The notes under the pieces were generated by a model that saw only the letters and a program-made list of their open reading frames with translations, did no database searches and had not been told where the DNA came from. From assembly GCA_964347065.1 (NCBI GenBank), contig CAYFXN010000003.1:1971-65970 (forward strand): DNA of 64,000 bases, in the 5' to 3' direction. Source of the DNA: an uncultured bacterium. Its GTDB lineage: Bacteria; Desulfobacterota; Deferrimicrobia; J040. Of this stretch, positions 19,292 to 26,919 are shown in pieces. The position numbers and the translations under genes are program-made. Numbering within the stretch: the stretch's first letter is position 1; every line of letters begins with the position of its first letter.

Positions 19292-20104
19292 ATGAAAAAA
19301 ATAGTGGAAGCCGCACTGGTTGAGGATGGGGGGGTTCATGATCCCATCAGTTTCTCTCTGGGAAAACAGGAGGCCAGGGGTGAGTTCATCGGTAAGGAGG
19401 AGTTTGTTTTTTGTGGCCGGGATATCATGGAGATGGTGTTTAAGACTCTCGACAGCTCCCTTTCCATTGATTTTTACTTTGATGATGGTGACACGATAGA
19501 GTTTGAAAGCAGGCTCGGCATCGTGTCAGGCTCAGCGGGGGCCATTTTAAAGGGCGAACGTGTGGCGTTGAATTTTGCCCAGCGCCTGTCGGGAATTGCA
19601 ACCCTCACCAGAAAATTTGTTGACAGGATTGGGGACACGGGTGTGAAAATCTGCGATACGAGGAAAACGACGCCACTTTTCAGGTGTCTCGAAAAATATG
19701 CCGTCAGGTGCGGCGGAGGGGCGAATCATCGATTTTCCCTCTCAGATGGTGTTTTGGTGAAGGATAACGCTATTAAAATTTTCGGATCCCTCAAGGATGC
19801 AGTTTCAAGGGTCCGGGAGGTGGCGCACCATCTCTTGAAAGTTGAAGTTGAAGTTGAAAACCTTGCCGAGTTTGCTGAAGCTCTCGCATTGGACGTGGAT
19901 GCCATATTGCTTGATAATATGTCTTGTGAAGATGTTCGAAGGGCGGTGTCCTTGGGTAAAGGAAAGGTTGTGCTCGAGGTTTCGGGGAACATAACGCTTG
20001 ATAATGTGAGAGAGTACGCAGAAACGGGAATCGATATCATTTCCATCGGTATGCTCACCCATTCTGCTCCAGCTGTTGACATATCATTTGAATGCCTCCG
20101 ATGA
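19292..20104 (+). CDS. nadC: Nicotinate-nucleotide pyrophosphorylase (quinolinate phosphoribosyltransferase)
   Basis: QAPRTase signatures (ICDTRKTTPLFR, AVRCGGGANHRFSLSD, ILLDNM). The ORF track start at 19256 is a TTG inside valS; the ATG at 19292 is more plausible. Confidence 0.85.
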   Translation: MKKIVEAALVEDGGVHDPISFSLGKQEARGEFIGKEEFVFCGRDIMEMVFKTLDSSLSIDFYFDDGDTIEFESRLGIVSGSAGAILKGERVALNFAQRLSGIATLTRKFVDRIGDTGVKICDTRKTTPLFRCLEKYAVRCGGGANHRFSLSDGVLVKDNAIKIFGSLKDAVSRVREVAHHLLKVEVEVENLAEFAEALALDVDAILLDNMSCEDVRRAVSLGKGKVVLEVSGNITLDNVREYAETGIDIISIGMLTHSAPAVDISFECLR

Positions 20105-20721
20105 AGAAAACGCTTTGTTGCATTATTTCAATCTGTATCCAAATAATCTCTGCGAATTGGGCTTGCGGGGAATACGTTCTCATTGACAGGACCGTTGCTT
20201 TTGTCGGCGAGAAGGTGATACTTAAATCTGATCTTGAAAAATATGTTTGCTACGTGGGCATGAAAACGAAAAAACCTGTCGAGAATCTTGACAAACGGAA
20301 CCTTCTCCTGAAAATGATTGACGAACTGGTACTCGTTCAAGAGGCCAACAAAACAGGTGTCGTTAAAGCCGGGCAGGAAGAGGCAAACGTGATGATGATG
20401 GAATTGAAAGGGATGATGGAGGAGAAAAGCAGATGGTGCAATGATACCCGCTTGGATGAGGATTTCATTGCCGACAGGGCATACCGTGAGGTAATCGTAG
20501 AGCAATTCATAAAGAATCGGATCGAAATTTTCGTGAAAATTGCCGACATGGATATTTCCCGGTACTATCTCTCCAAACATGGTGACAGCAAAGAGGGTTA
20601 TAATGAGGAAATGAAGGAAAAAACCGAGAGGGAACTAAGGACGATCCTCGTTGAAAAGGAGCTCTCCGATTACTTGGCGCGGGTGAAAAAAAGGATCAGA
20701 ATTGTCATTCCGGAGGAATAA
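20101..20721 (+). CDS. Secreted SurA N-terminal-domain-like chaperone protein (no PPIase domain)
   Basis: Signal peptide (MKKTLCCIISICIQIISANWA), then a helical domain resembling the SurA N-domain. ATGA overlap with the nadC stop. Confidence 0.45.
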   Translation: MKKTLCCIISICIQIISANWACGEYVLIDRTVAFVGEKVILKSDLEKYVCYVGMKTKKPVENLDKRNLLLKMIDELVLVQEANKTGVVKAGQEEANVMMMELKGMMEEKSRWCNDTRLDEDFIADRAYREVIVEQFIKNRIEIFVKIADMDISRYYLSKHGDSKEGYNEEMKEKTERELRTILVEKELSDYLARVKKRIRIVIPEE

Positions 20722-20724
20722 TAG

Positions 20725-21105
20725 GTGGCTGGTCACTTTGAATTGAAAGTTTCCGACATGTTTTCCTCTGCACACAGCCTGAGAGGATATGAGGGGAATT
20801 GCGAAAGGATTCATGGCCATAACTGGAAAGTTGACGTTATTGTTGCCTGTCATGAGCTTGATGACCAGGGATTGGGAGTCGATTTCAGGGATTTGAAAAG
20901 AGCCCTCAAGGATGTGCTCGAAGGTCTTGACCATAAAAATTTGAACGATGTCGCGCCCTTTGACAGGGTGAATCCCTCCTCTGAAAACCTCGCCTCGTAT
21001 ATCTTTTCCCAGCTAGAGAAAAAGGTCCCCGATAACATATCCTTGATGAGGGTAACTGTCTGGGAATCGGAATCAGCAAGCGCCTCTTATGTGATGGATC
21101 GATGA
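20725..21105 (+). CDS. queD: 6-carboxy-5,6,7,8-tetrahydropterin synthase
   Basis: 126 aa. Zn-binding His motifs (CERIHGHNWKV), PTPS-fold size. GTG start with GGAGGA RBS. Confidence 0.8.
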   Translation: MAGHFELKVSDMFSSAHSLRGYEGNCERIHGHNWKVDVIVACHELDDQGLGVDFRDLKRALKDVLEGLDHKNLNDVAPFDRVNPSSENLASYIFSQLEKKVPDNISLMRVTVWESESASASYVMDR

Positions 21106-21114
21106 GAACCGGGG

Positions 21115-21327
21115 TCAATTTTTATCTTCCTTTCCTTGCGGTATCTCGTCATTTAAATCTTTGATGATTGTTGCCAAATCAATATTGTGAACTTTGGCCC
21201 CGGCTTCGAGGTTTTCAAATTCCTTTAAATGACAGGAAGCGCAATCGATTCCGTACCGGTCGAATATTTTCAGCGCTTGAGGGTATTTCCTGATTATCTC
21301 CTCAATTTTCATGTCTTTCGTGATCAT
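21115..21327 (-). CDS. DUF1858-domain small protein
   Basis: 70 aa, MITKDMKIEEIIRKYPQALKIFDRYGIDCASC..., matching the DUF1858 pattern as I recall it. Convergent with queD, with a 10-nt gap. Confidence 0.55.
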   Translation of the reverse strand: MITKDMKIEEIIRKYPQALKIFDRYGIDCASCHLKEFENLEAGAKVHNIDLATIIKDLNDEIPQGKEDKN

Positions 21328-21452
21328 GATTTCCTCCCATACGTATATAGTAACATCAATTTCCCTTTCAGTGTACAGGAGTGATAGCTCCTGCGCAGAG
21401 TGTTGGCCAGGTACTCTTTCCCGTTGCTGAGATAATTTTCCCCACGGGTTAC

Positions 21453-22307
21453 TTAGAGCAGATCGATGAATCGCAACTCTGGAGAGTTTTCAATTTCTCC
21501 TATCTTTGCGGAGAGTTCGAAAAACTTCAGAAGCCCTTCCAGTTCCCGGTCGAGGTCGTAGGAGAGATTGGTCCAGTAATCGTTCAGAAACCCCCATGGA
21601 TATGAATCATTGGCCAGCATTTTTTCATTCCTGTAGCGAATGAGATTGAGGGAGATCTTCTTGGCGTCCAGAAGCTTTCTCGAGAATTTTACAATCGATT
21701 TTTTCCTGTTGGCATACGATTCGCCGTTGACTATCCAAAGGGCAAATACGAATGGAAGATCGGTAAATTCATGCCACATCGCTCCGAGGTCGTACTGAAA
21801 TGAAGTTTTTGCCTTTTCTCTTTTGATGGATTCCCGTATCGCATCGTCCCCTATCAACAGGTAGGGCGAGTTCTCCTTGGCCGCCATTTTTTCCGTTTCT
21901 CTTACCGAAATCAAACTGGCTTTTATTCCGATAAACTCTCGTAAAATAATTTTTAAAAGTGTGATCGCGGTGTCTGAATTCGGCGTCACGAAAATGGAAA
22001 AATCGTTTTTTGTCTCCAGTTCGAAAGGGGAAAAGAGAATCACGCTTTTCACTTTCCTCCTCGAGGACACAGAGATGTCGGGTATGAGGAAATATCGTGC
22101 GTATTTCCTGGCGTATTCTATGGATGAGCTTGGGCTCACGTCGATTAGATTATTTCTGAGTTTCAGGTTCAGCTCCGCAGGATGGCCCCTGATGAACTCG
22201 ATGTCCCTGTTGTTAAAGTAATTCTTGAGCGATGTGAAAAGAGGAAACATATTTAGATAGGGGATTTCTCCCACTCTCAACGGTTCTGACGTCATTTCTT
22301 CTTCCAT
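21453..22307 (-). CDS. Menaquinone biosynthesis protein of the MqnA/MqnD family (futalosine pathway; chorismate dehydratase-like)
   Basis: 284 aa. N-terminal RVGEIPYLNMFPLF and periplasmic-binding-protein-like fold signature of PF02621. I cannot discriminate MqnA from MqnD by eye. Confidence 0.65.
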   Translation of the reverse strand: MEEEMTSEPLRVGEIPYLNMFPLFTSLKNYFNNRDIEFIRGHPAELNLKLRNNLIDVSPSSSIEYARKYARYFLIPDISVSSRRKVKSVILFSPFELETKNDFSIFVTPNSDTAITLLKIILREFIGIKASLISVRETEKMAAKENSPYLLIGDDAIRESIKREKAKTSFQYDLGAMWHEFTDLPFVFALWIVNGESYANRKKSIVKFSRKLLDAKKISLNLIRYRNEKMLANDSYPWGFLNDYWTNLSYDLDRELEGLLKFFELSAKIGEIENSPELRFIDLL

Positions 22308-22750
22308 ACCGTCTTCAATTATCCTCCAGTGAAACCCTCCTGTTCATGAATGGGGGCAACGGTGGGATAGTGTTTCTCTCATCTGCTGTCAGGCGCGTCG
22401 TGTTCATTCAGTACATTCCGCCTGAGCTATGCGTTGTCAAGGCGATAAATGCGGGGAAGCAGGGCAATATATCTGTTCATTCAATGAGAGATGATAACAT
22501 GAATTCCTGCTCGCTTATGGTGAAATATCTCTCCCCCCTGTTATCTTGAAGGAGAACAGATCAGTATTTTTTTCGACCCCGGGACCCGCAGCATTTCCCC
22601 GAACCGAGAAGGGTGTCTCAAACTATGCGTTGCTTTCAAGCGCAGCCACCACAGTGGTTGTCAGTTTGCATGGACAGTATTGATATCTACTTTGATGACA
22701 GCGCCCTCTTTCATCATGGTCTGATCACCGAAGTTTTTCATATCGAAAGA

Positions 22751-22779
22751 CGCCAGGGGAAATGTTAATAATTTGAAAG
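22751..22779 (+). promoter_or_regulatory. Candidate promoter for the sirtuin operon: perfect TATAAT -10 at 22774-22779 with a weak -35 (TGTTAA)
   Basis: Read directly. An AAGGGGG RBS at 22823-22829 precedes the GTG start at 22838. The -35 match is poor. Confidence 0.25.
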
Positions 22780-22837
22780 AGGGTATATAATGCTAAAAAG
22801 CAGGGTAGTGAGGGAATCAAGAAAGGGGGTTTGACGC

Positions 22838-23569
22838 GTGGATCCATTAGAGTTCAGCCGAGCGAAAAAAGCATACAACCAGAGCCAAAAAGTTTGTGTG
22901 CTCACGGGGGCGGGTGTTTCCGCCGAGTCCGGTGTGCCAACTTTCCGCGGGACGGATGGCCTCTGGAAAAATTACAATCCGATGGAGCTGGCGACGTTGG
23001 AGGCATTCAGAAGAGATCCTGTGCTTGTGTGGGAGTGGTACCAATGGAGACGGCAACTGATAAGAAAATGTGCTCCTAACCCATCCCACTTTGCTATTTC
23101 TCAGATGGAAAAGGAGAAAGAACACTTTCTTCTCATCACGCAGAATGTTGATGGACTGCATAAAAAAGCCGGGTCAAGCAAAGTCGTTGAGATTCACGGC
23201 AATATCTGGGAGGTAAAATGTATGTCCTGTGGCGCCAATTTCATGGAGGAGGGCGACTTCGAAAAGCTCCCTCCAGAGTGCGGTAAGTGCAGCAGTTTTC
23301 TGAGACCGAATGTTGTCTGGTTTGGTGAATCGATACCACGGGAAGCTCTGGAGACCTCCATTGAAGCTCTTTCCTCATGCGATCTTCTCATCGTTGCAGG
23401 GACGTCGGGATATGTTCAGCCGGCCGCCTCCTTTGCTCAGATGGCGGCGAAGAACAAAGCGGTGGTCATGGAGGTCAACATAGAAAAAACCCCAAATGCA
23501 GAGCTTGTGGATCATTTTTTTCTGGGCAAGTCTGGAGAAATACTTTCTGCTCTAGTATCAGAGAAATGA
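22838..23569 (+). CDS. cobB: NAD-dependent protein deacylase, Sir2/CobB family (class III sirtuin with Zn ribbon)
   Basis: Canonical sirtuin motifs: GAGVSAESGVPTFRG, QNVDGLH, catalytic EIHGN, zinc ribbon CMSCG...CGKC. 243 aa. Confidence 0.85.
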   Translation: MDPLEFSRAKKAYNQSQKVCVLTGAGVSAESGVPTFRGTDGLWKNYNPMELATLEAFRRDPVLVWEWYQWRRQLIRKCAPNPSHFAISQMEKEKEHFLLITQNVDGLHKKAGSSKVVEIHGNIWEVKCMSCGANFMEEGDFEKLPPECGKCSSFLRPNVVWFGESIPREALETSIEALSSCDLLIVAGTSGYVQPAASFAQMAAKNKAVVMEVNIEKTPNAELVDHFFLGKSGEILSALVSEK

Positions 23570-24033
23570 CGGAGAGATATATAGCCGATTCGAACCTCGG
23601 GAGGCTCGCCAAGTGGCTGCGGCTTCTCGGAGTCGATGTTGAATACTTTGGAAGCGGAGATCTTGCCTCGCTTATAGAAAGGGCCCGAGTGACGTCACGG
23701 AAGATCATAACGAGGCGAAAACCACCCTTGGCCTACCCGGCTGTTTTTATCAGATCCTGCGTAATTGAGGAACAGGTTGAGGCATTTTACGCGTTCGAAG
23801 GCTTGAAGCTCTCTCGGGATAAGTTCTTTTCTCGCTGTTCAGAGTGCAACAGGGATATCGAAGAAATAGGTAGAGAAGTTGCGGCTTCGCGGGGTGTTCC
23901 GGAATATGTCCTCCTGTCCAATGAACGGTTTCTCTCCTGTGGTGACTGCAAACGGGTATACTGGCCGGGATCACACCGAGAACGCTTTCTGGAAAAAGTG
24001 GAGGGCCTGAACTTATCCGGCGGTGAATTGTGA
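23566..24033 (+). CDS. Mut7-C RNase-domain protein (DUF82/PF01927-like, PIN-like fold plus C-terminal Zn ribbon)
   Basis: MTERYIADSNLGRLAKWLRLLGVDV... and C-terminal CSECN...CGDCKRVYWPGSH. The ATG at 23566 overlaps the sirtuin stop (ATGA). The ORF track's longer 23377 start lies inside the sirtuin gene and is rejected. Confidence 0.65.
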   Translation: MTERYIADSNLGRLAKWLRLLGVDVEYFGSGDLASLIERARVTSRKIITRRKPPLAYPAVFIRSCVIEEQVEAFYAFEGLKLSRDKFFSRCSECNRDIEEIGREVAASRGVPEYVLLSNERFLSCGDCKRVYWPGSHRERFLEKVEGLNLSGGEL

Positions 24034-24037
24034 GAAG

Positions 24038-24601
24038 ATGAGAGTAATGGGGGGAGAATTTAAAGGGAGGAGAATCAAGGTTCCAAGGGGATATCGTGTA
24101 CGACCAACATCGAGCAGGGTGCGGGAGGCCCTTTTTTCGCTGGTTGCGGCTCGTATCCCTGAATCGAGGGTCTTGGACCTTTTTGCAGGCGCAGGTTCTC
24201 TTGGCATCGAGGCACTTTCACGTGGCGCAGCCCACGCGGTTTTTGTGGAAAAATCAAGAAAAACAGCATCGGTGATCGCAGAAAACCTCCGGGCCTTCAA
24301 GGTTGCGCGCTCACAATTCGAGGTTGTCATATCCGACGCTTTCCATTATCTTAGTAAGGCGTCGAAAAAAAGGATTGTATTCGACATAATCTTTATCGAT
24401 CCACCTTACAGAAGCCATCTCGGAAGTAAGACGCTGGCTGTTCTTGCGAAAAACCCCCTTCTGCCAGAAGGAGGGTTGGTTTTGAACGAGTTCGAGAAAG
24501 GAGAAGACCTCATTATTCCTGCGCAATTTAATCTTGAAAAAGAAAAAAACTACGGTGATACTTCTATCATTATTTGCACGAAAAGAGAGGGAAAGAGATG
24601 A
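24038..24601 (+). CDS. rsmD: 16S rRNA (guanine966-N2)-methyltransferase
   Basis: SAM-binding motif (VLDLFAGAGSLGIEALSRGA) and DPPY motif (IIFIDPPY). N-terminus MRVMGGEFKGRRIKVP fits the RsmD start. Alternative GTG at 24023. Confidence 0.8.
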   Translation: MRVMGGEFKGRRIKVPRGYRVRPTSSRVREALFSLVAARIPESRVLDLFAGAGSLGIEALSRGAAHAVFVEKSRKTASVIAENLRAFKVARSQFEVVISDAFHYLSKASKKRIVFDIIFIDPPYRSHLGSKTLAVLAKNPLLPEGGLVLNEFEKGEDLIIPAQFNLEKEKNYGDTSIIICTKREGKR

Positions 24602-25083
24602 ACTATGTAGCCATTTATCCGGGGACTTTTGATCCACCCACAAACGGGCATTTCGATCTCATACAGAGGAGCACGAAAATCTTCGGAAAGCTCAACGTGG
24701 CAGTGGCAAACAATCCCACGAAAAAGCCACTCATCGCGCTTAAAAAAAGGGTATCACTTCTGAGAGAGATGGTTGAAGACCTTGAAAACGTTGAAGTTTC
24801 TTCCTTTTCCGGGCTTCTTGTGGATTACGCACGCTCGATCGGGGCGACGGTTATCGTAAGAGGGTTAAGGGCAGTGTCGGACTTTGAGTACGAGTTCCAG
24901 ATGGCGCACATGAATAAAAATCTCTATCCCGACTTGGATACTATCTTTATGATGACGGGAGAAAAATATTTTTACGTGAGCTCAAACATCATAAAGGAGA
25001 TCGTCAGTCTCGGAGGAGAGGTAAAAGACCTCGTCCACCCATGTGTTGAGAGCGAACTGAAAAGAATTTACCGGAGAAGATGA
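24598..25083 (+). CDS. coaD: Phosphopantetheine adenylyltransferase
   Basis: AIYPGTFDPPTNGHFDLIQRS (T/HxGH nucleotidyltransferase motif). The ATG at 24598 overlaps the rsmD stop (ATGA). rsmD-coaD adjacency is widely conserved. Confidence 0.9.
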   Translation: MNYVAIYPGTFDPPTNGHFDLIQRSTKIFGKLNVAVANNPTKKPLIALKKRVSLLREMVEDLENVEVSSFSGLLVDYARSIGATVIVRGLRAVSDFEYEFQMAHMNKNLYPDLDTIFMMTGEKYFYVSSNIIKEIVSLGGEVKDLVHPCVESELKRIYRRR

Positions 25084-25128
25084 CCATTCTGCTGCATTGA
25101 ATACTTTATTGAGAAAGGAGCGGAATTG

Positions 25129-26322
25129 ATGAAACTCGCAAATAGGCTTGCCAACGTTAAACCTTCTCCAACACTGGCGATTACCGCGAAGGCAAAAGCT
25201 ATGAAAGCGGAAGGGATAGATGTGATCGGCTTTGGTGCGGGAGAGCCTGATTTCGACACTCCCGCCCATATCAAAGATGCCGCAAAGGATGCCCTCGATA
25301 GAGGTATCACCAAATATGCCCCCGTTCCCGGAACCGATAGCCTGAGGGATGCCATTGCAGAAAAATTGGGCGTTGAGAACGGCCTCAGGTATTCCAGGGA
25401 CAATATAATTGTGTCCTGCGGGGCGAAACATTCTCTGTACAATATTGCTCAGGCCCTTTTTGATGAAGGGGACGAAGTCATAATACCGGCTCCCTATTGG
25501 GTCTCTTACCCGCCCATAGCCTACCTGGCCGGGGCTACCCCTGTCATCCTTGATACGGATGATTCGACAAAGTTTAAGGTAACGCCGGAGCAGCTAAGAG
25601 ACGCGATCAATACAAGAACCAAGGTCTTCATACTCAACAGCCCCTCAAACCCTACTGGCACGGCATATACTGAAGAGGAATTGAGAGCCCTTGCGGAAAT
25701 AATCGTCGAGAAGGACATATTTGTCATCTCCGATGAAATCTACGAAAGGATCGTTTACGACGGGTTCAAATTTGTCAGCATCGGATCACTGGGAGAAGAG
25801 ATATTCCAAAGGACGATAGTAGTCAACGGATTATCAAAGACCTATTCAATGACGGGGTGGCGCATCGGCTACGCGGCGGGGCCCATAGAACTCGTAAAGG
25901 CCATGACAGCCATTCAGTCTCAGTCAACCTCCAATCCCACTTCATTTTGCCTTGAAGCATCATCGGTAGCCCTGAAAGGCCCCCAGGAGGTTGTTGACGC
26001 GATGCTCAAGGAATTTGACGTGAGAAGAAAGTACATTGTGGAGCGTTTGAACTCGATTTCCGGCGTATCGTGTATTTTACCCAAGGGAGCTTTTTACGTC
26101 TTCCCCAACTTTTCTGGAGTCTATGGAAGAAGTGCTGAAGGGAAAAAAATCGAAAACTCGACGGACCTTGGGGCCTATCTCCTTGACTCGGCAAAGGTTG
26201 CCGTCGTTCCGGGAATCGGTTTCGGCAACGATTTCTGTGCCAGGCTCTCTTATGCCACATCAATGGAAAATATTGAGAAAGGGATCGACAGGATAGAAAA
26301 AGCCTTTCTCAATCTTTCATGA
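25129..26322 (+). CDS. PLP-dependent aminotransferase class I (aspartate/aromatic aminotransferase-like)
   Basis: 398 aa. PLP-lysine region (GLSKTYSMTGWRIGY) and fold-type I motifs. The ATG at 25129 has an AAAGGAG RBS. Confidence 0.85.
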   Translation: MKLANRLANVKPSPTLAITAKAKAMKAEGIDVIGFGAGEPDFDTPAHIKDAAKDALDRGITKYAPVPGTDSLRDAIAEKLGVENGLRYSRDNIIVSCGAKHSLYNIAQALFDEGDEVIIPAPYWVSYPPIAYLAGATPVILDTDDSTKFKVTPEQLRDAINTRTKVFILNSPSNPTGTAYTEEELRALAEIIVEKDIFVISDEIYERIVYDGFKFVSIGSLGEEIFQRTIVVNGLSKTYSMTGWRIGYAAGPIELVKAMTAIQSQSTSNPTSFCLEASSVALKGPQEVVDAMLKEFDVRRKYIVERLNSISGVSCILPKGAFYVFPNFSGVYGRSAEGKKIENSTDLGAYLLDSAKVAVVPGIGFGNDFCARLSYATSMENIEKGIDRIEKAFLNLS

Positions 26323-26383
26323 AGGAAGTAACGGGATGAGTGTTTATTTTTTGAATGTCCGGTTTTAGCCGGCGACAGCCGAT

Positions 26384-26830
26384 TTATCGGCTTCTGTGGT
26401 GCGATGGTCCCGGCTTTTCACCTGTTTCTTTGTAGCGGAAGTAATCGTCGAGGATCTTTTTGTGGTCGAATGCCAGTGGTTCGGGCAGGTTCGACCTTGT
26501 AAATATCGAGGCTTCCACGGCGTCATCTCCCGCTGAGATATTTCCCGACCCAATCCCGATGAAGACAACGGACATGGTGTGAAATCTTGGATCTCTATCC
26601 GGCGATGAATAGACACTCAGAATGTCTGTCAGGGAGACCACGAGGCCGGTTTCCTCCGCGATCTCGCGCACTGCTGCCTCTTCTACCGATTCCCCCGCAT
26701 CGATGAAGCCGCCGGGAATCGCCCACCCAAGCGGCGGGTTTTTTCTCTTTATCAGGACAATTCCGTCATCCAACTCAACAATCACATCCGCTGTAGGATA
26801 GGGGTTTCTCTGGGTTTCCTTATCTTTCAT
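26384..26830 (-). CDS. NUDIX hydrolase (ADP-ribose pyrophosphatase-like)
   Basis: Nudix box GGFIDAGESVEEAAVREIAEETGL. The ORF track extends to 26887, but the ATG at 26830 (MKDKETQRNPYP...) has an upstream GGGAGGA-complement RBS. Confidence 0.75.
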   Translation of the reverse strand: MKDKETQRNPYPTADVIVELDDGIVLIKRKNPPLGWAIPGGFIDAGESVEEAAVREIAEETGLVVSLTDILSVYSSPDRDPRFHTMSVVFIGIGSGNISAGDDAVEASIFTRSNLPEPLAFDHKKILDDYFRYKETGEKPGPSHHRSR

Positions 26831-26919
26831 AAACTTGACCTTCCTCCCTTTTTTCACAATATGGTATAAGAAACATAATAGCACCATACAGAAACGACCA
26901 ACGAGGGAGAAGCGGTAAG

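Noticed and set aside
18595-19293. 232-aa minus-strand ORF antisense to the valS 3' end. The same applies to 36694..37683 (antisense to tgt), 40933..41772 (antisense to recJ) and 17554..18189 (antisense to valS).
   Set aside because: Same antisense-of-biased-codons explanation. Low-complexity products, no motifs, and each overlaps a strongly supported conserved gene.
22346-22549. 67-aa ORF inside the long divergent intergenic region
   Set aside because: No Shine-Dalgarno sequence, low-complexity Gly/Asn/Ser-rich start and no family resemblance. The region is kept as a non-coding finding instead.
23377-23565. Longer 218-aa form of the Mut7-C ORF starting inside the sirtuin gene
   Set aside because: The upstream 63 codons lie out of frame within the well-supported sirtuin CDS. 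The ATG at 23566 overlaps the sirtuin stop and begins the conserved Mut7-C N-terminus.
22838-23569. Possibility that the Sir2 protein is a defence-type SIR2 NADase (Thoeris/DSR-like)
   Set aside because: It has the complete canonical deacylase architecture: GAGxS motif, catalytic HG, Zn-ribbon CxxC pairs and CobB size. No SLOG, HerA, TIR or other defence partner is nearby.
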